Below, in pieces: positions 1 through 8,778 of a stretch of DNA of 40,360 bases. The DNA lies in the IMG/VR virus record IMGVR_UViG_3300020718_000023, positions 1 to 40,360 of that record; one strand, written 5' to 3'. Position numbers and translations under genes: made by a program. Below the pieces are notes generated by a model. The model searched no databases and was not told where the DNA came from. It saw only the letters and a list, made by a program, of their open reading frames with translations. This stretch comes from a virus. Taxonomy: Duplodnaviria > Caudoviricetes. How positions within the stretch are numbered: position 1 is the stretch's first letter; every line of letters begins with the position of its first letter.

Positions 1-94
1 GAGTTCATAGAGCACTGCCGAGTGAGATGGGCAGACACCACTGCATACCTAAAGACCGTTACTCCAAAACCAAAGAGACGCTAGAAACAAATCA

Positions 95-307
95 ATGAAC
101 GATAAGCACGACAACCCCAAAGACTTCCCACTGGGCATGGACGACGTACTGAATAACTACAGCGACGTTCTAGGCACACTGGGCTACGTCAATGCACTGG
201 CCAGTGACGCTTTGGAGTCAGACTTCATAACCCGCTTTGGCTACCTTAAGGTGCTGAATCAAATCCTGCACATCACGAACCAAGAACTGGGCTACGACGA
301 TGAATAG
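95..307 (+). CDS. hypothetical protein
   Basis: 70-aa ORF whose end overlaps the start of the next ORF; no recognisable motif. Confidence 0.6.
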   Translation: MNDKHDNPKDFPLGMDDVLNNYSDVLGTLGYVNALASDALESDFITRFGYLKVLNQILHITNQELGYDDE

Positions 308-536
308 ACCACGTAACCCATACCCGAAAAACTGGTGCAACTGCAATGAACGCTGCATGGTAAAAAGGCCCCGCCAAGAAGTACAACATGGAAAACACAC
401 CACATACTCATCAAGACACGGTTGCAGATGCACCCTATGCGTAGAAGCGTATAGAGACTACGTACGTGACTATGAGTTCAGAAGTTTCAATACATTCCTA
501 GAACGCTCCAACGAGGTTCATTCATTCCCTCGTTGA
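300..536 (+). CDS. small Cys/His-rich putative Zn-binding protein
   Basis: CNCNERC...HGKHTTYSSRHGCRCTLC; a single copy of the unit repeated in 10176..11243. Confidence 0.7.
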   Translation: MNRPRNPYPKNWCNCNERCMVKRPRQEVQHGKHTTYSSRHGCRCTLCVEAYRDYVRDYEFRSFNTFLERSNEVHSFPR

Positions 537-966
537 AGTAAGCCCCACCCTGATTGACCGTGCTCGCCTAGTAAGCGTGTAACCCTTCGGCACTGGTTGG
601 TGAGGCTGGCACCTAATCCCGACACTCAGTTGGACCGGTGCTGTCCAAAAACGGCCCGTGTTGCAAAATCCTAGACAGTGGTTTAGACTATATGGACCAT
701 GAATATGCTTATCTATTGTCGGCACTGCAATAAGCGGATTGAATTTGTTAATGAGGACACACCTCGTTCATACTGGACGCACTCTGAGACCAAATCAACG
801 AGGTGCCAGTTGACGGCTACACCAAGCCACACAATTTCAGACATCCCGTACTAACAAAACCCCGCCATTACCAAACTCTGGTTTAGAATAAATGTATGTT
901 CACGTCCAATAAAAAAACGGCCGCTACACAAAAACACACAGAAACTAAAACATCAGAGCCTTCCCT

Positions 967-1725
967 ATGACAGATAACAAAGACACTTCTAACCCTATAG
1001 AGGAAGAGACAGTATCTCCTATGGGGGAAGAGAACACACAATCCTTTGAAACACCACCAGACCCTAAATGGAAGACTCCAGTACCACGTAGGGAACCAGT
1101 AGGTAGACCATCTAGACAGACTCCGTTACAGCCACCTACAGGCAGACACACCAAACTAACGCCAGAGGTCATTGAGACTGTTAAGGCAATGCTTGGTGGA
1201 GGGAACTACCTAGATACGACAGCCAAGTTCTTGGGGCTATCACCATCGACGTTGCAACTGTGGAAGGCCAAGGGTAGGGGGTTGGCAGAAGAGGCTGAGA
1301 CCCGTGAACTGACTGATTACGAACAACTGTTCGTCTCGTTCTACTTGGAGGTAGAAAAAGCATCTGCTTTGGCTGAGGCAAGTGCCCTAGAGAACATCCG
1401 AAAGGCTGGGACTACGCAGTGGCAGGCAAGTGCTTGGTTCTTAGAGAGGACTAAGCCAGACCGCTGGGGACGCAAGGCAGCATTGGAAGTTAGCGGTGAA
1501 GTGACGATGGAGATTGATGTCGAAGCAGTGAACCGAAAGATTCAGGCCATGCTCGATAATCGTGTTATTGACCTCGATGCGATAGAGGAAGACCCGGAGA
1601 TTCAGGATGCGATTCTGGTAGAAAAAGTGCCTGAAATGGGTGTAGGGGGAGGGCCCGCTCAAACGAGCGCCGTTACTTACGAGGCGCCTAACCCCGGTTT
1701 AGAGTCAGACCAAGAGAGCCAGTAG
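967..1725 (+). CDS. terS: terminase small subunit-like HTH protein
   Basis: KLTPEV...GNYLDTTAKFLGLSPSTLQLW HTH and WQASAWFLER..PDRWG motif; lies just upstream of the large terminase. Confidence 0.75.
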   Translation: MTDNKDTSNPIEEETVSPMGEENTQSFETPPDPKWKTPVPRREPVGRPSRQTPLQPPTGRHTKLTPEVIETVKAMLGGGNYLDTTAKFLGLSPSTLQLWKAKGRGLAEEAETRELTDYEQLFVSFYLEVEKASALAEASALENIRKAGTTQWQASAWFLERTKPDRWGRKAALEVSGEVTMEIDVEAVNRKIQAMLDNRVIDLDAIEEDPEIQDAILVEKVPEMGVGGGPAQTSAVTYEAPNPGLESDQESQ

Positions 1726-1881
1726 GTTTCCAAAACAAACCCGCCCCAGACCCATCTGGGCTTTGTAGTGGAATCTTTACTGATGGAACGCTGGGAATGC
1801 TAGGAGCGTTGGGAGTTTTAATGTCACACCCATCTGCTAAGCACATTTGACTGTATGCTGGTTGGGTAAAGGAGTTTTATT

Positions 1882-1980
1882 ATGCACACATTCATCAGTA
1901 ACGCAGAGAAAGTGGGCTTTGGAGTTTTTGCCGGCGTCTTTCTGATGCTCTGCTACCACTTCTTCCGCTCAGACAAGTAA
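1882..1980 (+). CDS. 32-aa membrane peptide (not in ORF track)
   Basis: AAGGAG RBS then ATG; MHTFISNAEKVGFGVFAGVFLMLCYHFFRSDK has one hydrophobic segment. Confidence 0.55.
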   Translation: MHTFISNAEKVGFGVFAGVFLMLCYHFFRSDK

Positions 1981-2010
1981 TCCCCGCTTAGTTCTAGTGA
2001 AATCTTTGTC

Positions 2011-3096
2011 ATGAACCAAGTAATGAAGCAGTTGTTGGCTGCTACCCCAGAGGAACGTAAGAAAATCCTGCTGGCCCTGCCGCCAAATGAACTCTCCTAC
2101 GTTTACAGAGAATTGGAACACATTGAGAACGCCCCGAAGCGCCGCTGGTTCTGTACCCGCCCTGTCTGTGACGGTGCTCCCCATGCTGGGTTCCACTGGT
2201 GCGACCACGCCATAGATTCCACTAAACACACCCCGTACTGCAAGCACGCCAGAACTCCCCAGAGGCCACCGGCAGATGACCCGATGCAGCCATGGCTTAC
2301 TTGGTTCTTTTCCGGCGGCCGTGGAACCGGAAAGACCCGTGCTGGAGCAGAGTACATTCTGGACTTGGTTTGGAATCAGGGTTACAAGCGAATCGCTCTG
2401 GTTGGCCGAACTCCTGCCGACGTACGTGACGTTATGATTTACGGCGATAGTGGAATCATGTCCGTTTCCGACCCGAATCCCAGACCGGAACACGAGCCCA
2501 CTAAGCGTCGACTTATCTGGCCCAATGGTGCTCAAGCATTTACTTACTCTGCCGCAGCCCCATCCCAATTACGTGGACCGCAGCATGATGCCGCATGGTG
2601 CGATGAGTTAGCGGCTTGGACTGATGCCTCAAAGGGAGATACTTTGGACACCTCGTGGAACAACCTGATGCTGGGGCTTCGTCTGGGAACGAATCCAAAA
2701 GTCCTTGTTACGACGACTCCTAAGCGAGTAAAACTAGTTCGCCAAATCATGGAACGTAAGACAACGGTTATTACGACTGGTTCTACGTATGAAAACCTTG
2801 ATAACTTGGCCCCTTCATTTAAGGAACAAGTTTTAAGCAGTTACGAAGGCACACGAATCGGCCGTCAAGAGTTAGATGGCCTTATCCTCACGGACGTGGA
2901 GGGTGCTCTATGGCAACTTGGATTGATTGACCAACTTCGTGGAGTGCTAGTGGAGGAATCCCGTTTTCCAAAAGTCGAGGTTGATGAATCGCCTACCGTC
3001 ATGGGTGCTTTTAAGGGAGACGACGAAGGCCCGATTGAGCCATGGGCCAAGATTGAAGAGAATTGGCAAAACAAGCCAGAAACAAGGGGTTTCTAG
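2011..3096 (+). CDS. terL: terminase large subunit, N-terminal ATPase part
   Basis: Walker A GGRGTGKT, Walker B AAWCDE, LRGPQ, coupling motif TTTP, RQELDG. Confidence 0.92.
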   Translation: MNQVMKQLLAATPEERKKILLALPPNELSYVYRELEHIENAPKRRWFCTRPVCDGAPHAGFHWCDHAIDSTKHTPYCKHARTPQRPPADDPMQPWLTWFFSGGRGTGKTRAGAEYILDLVWNQGYKRIALVGRTPADVRDVMIYGDSGIMSVSDPNPRPEHEPTKRRLIWPNGAQAFTYSAAAPSQLRGPQHDAAWCDELAAWTDASKGDTLDTSWNNLMLGLRLGTNPKVLVTTTPKRVKLVRQIMERKTTVITTGSTYENLDNLAPSFKEQVLSSYEGTRIGRQELDGLILTDVEGALWQLGLIDQLRGVLVEESRFPKVEVDESPTVMGAFKGDDEGPIEPWAKIEENWQNKPETRGF

Positions 3097-3130
3097 TGAA
3101 ATCTTTGGCAGCGGCGGCGACGGCGGCGAA

Positions 3131-3760
3131 ATGATTCAAGTCTCGGTTGATGATTTCACTAGAATCGTGGTTGGCGTTGACCCCGCCATGACATCTGGGG
3201 AAGATGCGGACGAAACCGGCATCGTGGTTGTGGCCGCTGGGCCGCACCAAGACGAAACCTGCAAGATTGCCCACTGTACCCGCCATGGGTATGTTTTGGA
3301 AGACTGCACACTGCCCAAGAGCGCCGTTGTTTCTATCGAGTCATGGGCGAGGCGGGTTGTGGATGCATATGACGAATGGAACGCCAACGTGGTTGTAGTG
3401 GAGTCGAACGCTGGGCACGAACTGTTGGACTCGGTTCTAAGAGCCGTGCGGCCGACGTTGCCTGTAGTGCGGCCGAATGCCCGTGAGAATAAAAAGGCCC
3501 GTGCAGAGCCTATTGTGGCGTTGTATGAGCAGGGACGAATCCATCACATTGGAGACCCGTTACATTTTGCTGCTTTGGAAGACCAGATGACTACGTGGGT
3601 TCCTTCTGAAAGCGGCGGCCGTTCCAACAGGTCACCAGACCGTTTGGATGCGCTTGTATGGGCGCTGTGGGAACTTAACATCGCAGGCGCACGCCCACGT
3701 AAAGAAGTGCCAGCGTTCTCTCCAGTGAATCTCTCACAAGAAAACGTCTGGCGGCTTTAA
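3131..3760 (+). CDS. terL: terminase large subunit, C-terminal RNase H-like nuclease part
   Basis: RIVVGVDPA, DETGIVV, VVESNAG, KKARAEP, SPDRLDALVWA; ATG 3131 preferred over the ORF-track start at 2981. Confidence 0.88.
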   Translation: MIQVSVDDFTRIVVGVDPAMTSGEDADETGIVVVAAGPHQDETCKIAHCTRHGYVLEDCTLPKSAVVSIESWARRVVDAYDEWNANVVVVESNAGHELLDSVLRAVRPTLPVVRPNARENKKARAEPIVALYEQGRIHHIGDPLHFAALEDQMTTWVPSESGGRSNRSPDRLDALVWALWELNIAGARPRKEVPAFSPVNLSQENVWRL

Positions 3761-3817
3761 TCCAAACCGCAGTACCAACTCATGGGGAGACAGTCTTCGT
3801 CAGTACCACGGTTTGGA
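3761..3817 (-). terminator. long RNA hairpin between convergent genes
   Basis: On the minus strand TCCAAACCGTGGTACTGAC pairs with GTTGGTACTGCGGTTTGGA (19 bp, 4 G-U); the loop contains UCUCCCC. Confidence 0.6.
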
Positions 3818-3820
3818 AAT

Positions 3821-3997
3821 CTATTTCAACGCTTGTTGAGTCTCGTATGAATGGACTGCGTTGTCAAACTGTTCGTTTATCTGGCGCTGCAAATCTCTAA
3901 GAGCCGCAACACTGCCAACTAAAACCCCGGGTAGTTCAATGTAGACATCGAATAGTTCTCCCGGTCGCTCATCTCTAAAGTGGTAGACCTGAATCAT
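3821..3997 (-). CDS. hypothetical protein, 58 aa (not in ORF track)
   Basis: ATGA overlap with the stop of 3994..4854; MIQVYHFRDERPGELFDVYIELPG...ALK. Confidence 0.6.
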   Translation of the reverse strand: MIQVYHFRDERPGELFDVYIELPGVLVGSVAALRDLQRQINEQFDNAVHSYETQQALK

Positions 3998-4854
3998 GCT
4001 GTCGCCAACTCAGGTAGTTCCAAATCAATTGGGCAACCATCTTCAATCATCTTGTTGATGCGGAACCGAATAGCACGGTCGATGTAAGGCTCTACTGCAC
4101 CAACAAAGTCAACAAGCATTTCCCTAGCAACGACTACTGGGTCGCTTGTTATAGAAACGTTGCGAATAACAACTTCTTCACGACGGTTGCGATAGAACCA
4201 TCCAGCAACACCACTCATGAAGTTTGTGTTGTAGCCCGACGTTCCAAAAGTCAACTTGTATGTGGCCTTTAGAATGTCGTTTTCATCGAGACTGAACTCA
4301 GGCTTCACTGTCACAACAATCTTGGCAAGGCGGTCACCGTCTGTGAAGAACGTAACAATAAAACTATCGCCGTTACCAACGGTTGAGACTATTGGCTTGA
4401 CACCAAGCGCATAAACCAGTGCGTTGTTGAACTCCACCAACTGAGTAACACCATCGCCGATAAAAGGCGTGCGCTCATCGTTGCGTAGTGTGTTTATTTC
4501 ACGGCTAATGCGGTTAAGCAATGGCTGAGCACGGTTGTTAACGATGTCTGATGCGGCAGTTGTACTTGATGTCTCAATGGCCTTAAGGAATCCTGTAATG
4601 AGACGCTTGATAGGGACCGAGGCGGCACGACGCTCTGTACGTAGACGAGTCTTTAGTTCATCTGGTTGAGCAACCGTGATACGCACTTTGTTGTTGTACG
4701 TCTCCACTGGGTCAATGTCCAGCAAGTCACCAATTGTGTATCCAATGGTTGGCGAGACCACGACGTTAATCGTTTCGTCGCCCCCCGCTGCTTCACGAGC
4801 GAAAGCAAATGCCTTGCGGACTGCTTCTTCGCTATCGAAATAAATCTTGTTCAC
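3994..4854 (-). CDS. hypothetical protein
   Basis: 286-aa ORF, GTG start, AAGGGAGG RBS, promoter-like sequence upstream. Confidence 0.8.
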   Translation of the reverse strand: MNKIYFDSEEAVRKAFAFAREAAGGDETINVVVSPTIGYTIGDLLDIDPVETYNNKVRITVAQPDELKTRLRTERRAASVPIKRLITGFLKAIETSSTTAASDIVNNRAQPLLNRISREINTLRNDERTPFIGDGVTQLVEFNNALVYALGVKPIVSTVGNGDSFIVTFFTDGDRLAKIVVTVKPEFSLDENDILKATYKLTFGTSGYNTNFMSGVAGWFYRNRREEVVIRNVSITSDPVVVAREMLVDFVGAVEPYIDRAIRFRINKMIEDGCPIDLELPELATA

Positions 4855-4885
4855 TACGACCTCCCTTGTCGTTTACTACTCTAAA

Positions 4886-4917
4886 AGTTTACTACGGTTT
4901 AGTACAAATAGCAAGTC
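4886..4917 (-). promoter_or_regulatory. sigma70/SigA-like promoter
   Basis: gacTTGCTA-17 nt-TAAACT upstream of an AAGGGAG RBS. Confidence 0.6.
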
Positions 4918-4932
4918 AGAACTACACGTTTG

Positions 4933-5262
4933 TTATTTGTCGCCTGCCCACGAGGTTGCGAATTCGACGGCCTCTTGCAAAATGTCCGGCGGTGCGATGC
5001 CCGAAATAGACAGTTCGATGATTCCGAACTCGGCCAGCCGTGCTAGAAAAGCCTCGTCTGATAGTTCCTCATCAATCAAGATGCGGTACTGGACGAATAG
5101 CCGGTACGCAATCCCACGTTTTGGAAACTTGTGGTCAGCAGGAACGTAAGAACGCTCCCCAATCTTTTGCAGAACATCAAAAGCCGACGGTTGACGAATA
5201 ACATCATCGCCCCATTTAACGACCCACAGGGCATCATTTGGGTAAGCAAACTGATTCATCAT
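4933..5262 (-). CDS. hypothetical protein
   Basis: 109-aa ORF coupled to the GATase stop, with AGGAG RBS. Confidence 0.7.
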   Translation of the reverse strand: MMNQFAYPNDALWVVKWGDDVIRQPSAFDVLQKIGERSYVPADHKFPKRGIAYRLFVQYRILIDEELSDEAFLARLAEFGIIELSISGIAPPDILQEAVEFATSWAGDK

Positions 5263-5993
5263 GCAATCTCCTTAAGACTCTCTCCAATGGTCTGCAAATC
5301 GAAAATCTCGCCATTGCGAATCCTCATGTACGTCATCTCGTCAATCTCTTCGACCCACTTAAGCGGAACCTTGGCGTCAGCACAGGCTGCGACCAGCAAG
5401 TTCATCGTCGAGGCAAAGAAAAGCGAGCCCTTAGGCGTAGAACCAATGGCCAATGGAGAACCACTGACACGTGCAAGGTGCAAGTCTCGCTTGTCACGTC
5501 CATCTAGCCACGCCAAAGCAGCACGGCCCTGCAAAGACTGCAAAACGTTTGCAGGTGGATACTTAGATACGTTTAGCAAAGCAAATGCGGCCTCAGAATC
5601 GACCTGCGCTTTACGTTCTGCATCTAGGTAGTCAAAGATGGCGTCGTCGTTTGACAGAACTCCATTGTGAACACCAACAACACGACCGGCAACAATCGGG
5701 TGGTTGTTGAGGTTGTTATCTGGCGTGCCCTTGGTTGCGTAACGAGTATGCAAGATAACTCGCCCGGCGTGCTTAGGCATGGACTTCAGATACGGGTCGA
5801 AATCATAAGCCGGTACTGGCGCTTTAGAGACGGCAATCTTTGGACGCTCTCCCTTCGTTGCACTGGCTTGCACCCATGCTGCTCCAGTGGCGTCCTCACC
5901 ACGAGCAATAATCTGCTCCAGCAAAGCCATTGAAACATCACGAGCATCAAAGTGCTCATTCTTGTTAAGACAAAATCCGGCGATTCCACACAT
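5259..5993 (-). CDS. class II (Ntn) glutamine amidotransferase
   Basis: N-terminal MCGIAG, RGEDATG, HTRYAT, NNHP, HNG and DSE motifs. Confidence 0.92.
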   Translation of the reverse strand: MCGIAGFCLNKNEHFDARDVSMALLEQIIARGEDATGAAWVQASATKGERPKIAVSKAPVPAYDFDPYLKSMPKHAGRVILHTRYATKGTPDNNLNNHPIVAGRVVGVHNGVLSNDDAIFDYLDAERKAQVDSEAAFALLNVSKYPPANVLQSLQGRAALAWLDGRDKRDLHLARVSGSPLAIGSTPKGSLFFASTMNLLVAACADAKVPLKWVEEIDEMTYMRIRNGEIFDLQTIGESLKEIA

Positions 5994-6010
5994 AATCAAT
6001 CTCCCTTTCG

Positions 6011-7057
6011 TTAAGCCGCACGGCGGTTAGCCACACGGTTAGTAGTCATGTGTACTGCACGGCGCTTGAGGTAGCCGTTGGTCTCTGCGTTAAGTGGCAA
6101 CGCATCGACAAGAGCATCGAAGTTTGCAGCAGGAGCAAAGTCATCAAGCGTAGGCGCTGTTTCTACCACTGCCAAGATGAACTTGACCCATGAAGTCAAC
6201 TTCTCACCGTTGAGTGTGCCTTGGTGCTGGCGGAACTCCAAAGTGCCGTGACGATTGTAAGCAGAAGTGTTGACAACAAAGAAGCGGTTGAAGTTGTTTG
6301 CTGCAGCCTTCATCTCACTAACATCAGTAAGACCACGGAAAGCCTCGACCTGCTGGAGTTCGTAGTTACGAGTACCAAACTTGCGGCAGTAAGAGTTGTT
6401 GTGGCGGCTCGCAGAGATGATGTCGTCGATGTTGTCTTGGTTAGCGACATAGAAGTCAATAACCTTCATCATGTCCGCACCAGTAAGACCGTCCATGCCT
6501 ACGTGCACGTGAAGGCCACAAGACTTGTCCAACTTACCGCCGGCACGAGACAAAGCGTCTACTGCCTTAGCAACTTCTTGAAGACCAGCAACACCCTGCA
6601 TAATTGGTGAGACCAACTCAAGGCCACGACCAATGCCAGTGCCACGGCCAGTAACAGAAGCATCGTAAACAATCTTCCAGTCAGCAGTCGTGTCATGTGT
6701 GTATGTTGCGTAGTGCACTGCAATGCCAGCATCAGTAAGTGCCTGAACTGCAACGGCAGGAGTAATGCCGAAGAACTCTGCTTCGACACCGAATGTACGG
6801 TTGCTTGGGCACTCAGAAACGCCGCCCTGTGCAACAACTACTGCACCGCCGATGCGCTTCTTTGCAGCACGTACTGCTTCTGCAGCAGACTGAGCCTTAG
6901 GCACACCGTTAGACATGAAGCCAAGTTCACGAGCGATGTCGATGTACGACATTCCTGACTGGCGAAGACGAAGTGCGGCGTCTTGACGAGCCTGAGTTGC
7001 AACTCGGTTACGGACCAACCCACTTGTCTGGTAACTACTTGGACGGTTACTTGGCAT
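6011..7057 (-). CDS. putative amidoligase (COOH-NH2 ligase, Amidoligase_2-like) with N-terminal HTH
   Basis: TFGVEAEF, WKIVYDASV, LELVSP, SCGLHVHV, GTLEFRQHQGT; N-terminal LRQSGMSYIDIARELG HTH; AAGGGAG RBS before ATG 7057. Confidence 0.88.
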   Translation of the reverse strand: MPSNRPSSYQTSGLVRNRVATQARQDAALRLRQSGMSYIDIARELGFMSNGVPKAQSAAEAVRAAKKRIGGAVVVAQGGVSECPSNRTFGVEAEFFGITPAVAVQALTDAGIAVHYATYTHDTTADWKIVYDASVTGRGTGIGRGLELVSPIMQGVAGLQEVAKAVDALSRAGGKLDKSCGLHVHVGMDGLTGADMMKVIDFYVANQDNIDDIISASRHNNSYCRKFGTRNYELQQVEAFRGLTDVSEMKAAANNFNRFFVVNTSAYNRHGTLEFRQHQGTLNGEKLTSWVKFILAVVETAPTLDDFAPAANFDALVDALPLNAETNGYLKRRAVHMTTNRVANRRAA

Positions 7058-7093
7058 CTGTATCTCCCTTACTAGCCAAACCACTACTCAACC

Positions 7094-7166
7094 ATGGTAC
7101 AGCATCTAGAGACGCAATGCAAGTCAATAAATAATCCTTGACTTTCAACCACGAAGATGTCACAAT
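7094..7166. promoter_or_regulatory. divergent promoter pair
   Basis: Minus strand gacTTGCAT-17-TACCAT (7125-7094); plus strand TTGACT-17-CACAAT (7138-7166); both lead to an AAGGGAG RBS. Confidence 0.65.
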
Positions 7167-7194
7167 GAATAAGTACACGAACAAGGGAGAAGTT

Positions 7195-7464
7195 ATGTAT
7201 CAGGCAAAACACGCAGCACCGAAGAAGAAAAGGGGAAACCGCCACACACCAACAATCTGGTTGCTGGCATCAGTTGCTACTTACATCACAGTAGAACTAA
7301 ACATCAATCGTCTGGCCTCAGCAAGCCTAACGACATCGTTCATCCATCTAGCATTGGCTACAGTGGCCCTAGAAGCCGTTTATGCGGTCGCTATCGCTGC
7401 GTTCGCAGTGTGGAACCTAGATAGGGAAGCCAAGCGCACTAAGCGCATCCTAGAGCGTCTGTAA
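7195..7464 (+). CDS. membrane protein (2 TM)
   Basis: AAGGGAGA RBS before ATG 7195; two hydrophobic segments. Confidence 0.7.
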   Translation: MYQAKHAAPKKKRGNRHTPTIWLLASVATYITVELNINRLASASLTTSFIHLALATVALEAVYAVAIAAFAVWNLDREAKRTKRILERL

Positions 7465-7733
7465 TGGAAAGCCCGCCGCAAGAAAGACCAATACTTACTT
7501 GGTTCGACTTAGGCAATAACAGATGGGAGGGCATAGACGTACGCTTACCCCGTATCCATTTCGAAATACAACAGACGGCTTTTCTACCAAAACCCATGTA
7601 TCTATTGGACTTATGCGACCCTGAATACGAAGACGGCGGTATAACCCTAGGGGTAGCGGACTACCTGACCGTAGCCCAAGCGGCCGCAGAACAAATAGCC
7701 CGCATCATTTGGGAAAACTGCCCGCCCCTCTAA
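7464..7733 (+). CDS. hypothetical protein
   Basis: TAATG coupling with the upstream gene; 89 aa. Confidence 0.6.
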   Translation: MESPPQERPILTWFDLGNNRWEGIDVRLPRIHFEIQQTAFLPKPMYLLDLCDPEYEDGGITLGVADYLTVAQAAAEQIARIIWENCPPL

Positions 7734-8416
7734 AAGCCCATACACATTCCCCCATAGGCAAACACAAGGCGTACGGGGGTACAACCAACCAACCACCCAC
7801 CCCCACCCATCAATCAATGGGAGTAGGGCCCCTTTCCAAAACACACATACCCCCCAGCACCTAGTGGAATCTTTCCCCCATGCCCAGAGAAGCCCAGAAA
7901 ACAAGGCGTACGGGGGGCAGTTCCCAGAGCGCTGCGCCAAGGCCCAAAAGATTTCACTAGATACCCTTGCAAACAAAGGGCTTTGGATACAGGGGGATGG
8001 AGACAGGGCAACGAGACGGCTGGTTGACAGGCAGATGCGCTACACACTGGCGGATTCATACGTGATGTCTAGTGGAATCTTTGCGCTGGGGCGGGCGGGG
8101 CATGAACGAGCGACATGGGGGGCGGGGGGCAGGGGCTGGTCTAAAACTGAGGAATTGCCAGAGAATTTTGATTGGTTACTTTGGGCTCTCACCCCACACC
8201 TCTCCAGCCAGATTTCAAGAACTATAGTCCGGTAGAGTGCCGCAAGCCAATAAAGACAAGCCCTTTGGTAAAAAGATGCCCAGAAATTGAGCCCCAGAAA
8301 GAGTTTTGGAAAATGACCCAGAGGCCCGCCGCCAAATTTTTTGCCCAACACTTCTTGACTTCTATACCCACCTCTAGTAGCCTGCCCTGAATAACATAAA
8401 CAAAGGAGCAGTTGCA
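7734..8416. repeat. non-coding island with direct/inverted repeats and C-tracts followed by G-tracts
   Basis: ACAAGGCGTACGGGGG at 7764 and 7901; CTAGTGRAATCTTT at 7861(+), 7947(-) and 8069(+); six G-tracts at 8088-8135. Confidence 0.65.
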
Positions 8417-8767
8417 ATGATAATGAAGTACACCTCAAACGAAAAACTTGATGCCTACAACCACTACGCAATAATTGAATCAATTTGCGAAGACATTGGA
8501 AATGACATTCAAGAAATAATTAACTGTAAGAACATCGACGTAATTGGACTCGTATCTGGAACACCAGAGCAACGTGCACAAACGCTAAGAGGACCAATTG
8601 AAGGTTTTGCAAAGTACCAAGGTTACGATGCAGAGTCAGTTGTCAAGGCACTGCTAACAGTTAATGAGATGCTCGGACAACGTATGGATGAGTACGAAAA
8701 AATCTTTGACAATGAAAAATTTGACAGTGCTGACATAGACAATGCAATTTGGAAGACAATTGAGTAG
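8417..8767 (+). CDS. hypothetical protein
   Basis: AAGGAG RBS; 116 aa. Confidence 0.7.
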   Translation: MIMKYTSNEKLDAYNHYAIIESICEDIGNDIQEIINCKNIDVIGLVSGTPEQRAQTLRGPIEGFAKYQGYDAESVVKALLTVNEMLGQRMDEYEKIFDNEKFDSADIDNAIWKTIE

Positions 8768-8778
8768 GGTATAACACC

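Noticed and set aside
1-98. Partial CDS at the window start
   Set aside because: Two frames are open and there is no motif to choose between them
1745-1764. Terminator after terS (CCCAGA/TCTGGG + TTT)
   Set aside because: The 6-bp stem and short T-tract are too weak to call
2981-3130. ORF-track start of the terminase nuclease at 2981
   Set aside because: Overlaps the ATPase ORF by 116 nt and lacks TerL-like sequence; kept only as a possible frameshift window
2940-3130. Intein or group I intron in terL
   Set aside because: No Cys/His-Asn intein ends, no homing endonuclease, and the interval is short with no recognisable intron core
4666-6958. Plus-strand ORFs over the amidoligase operon
   Set aside because: Antisense shadows of well-supported minus-strand genes
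7647-8483. ORFs 7647..7976, 7814..8059, 7864..8235, 8040..8483 and 8172..8390
   Set aside because: They mutually overlap, lack RBSs, and their composition is driven by G/C runs of the non-coding island
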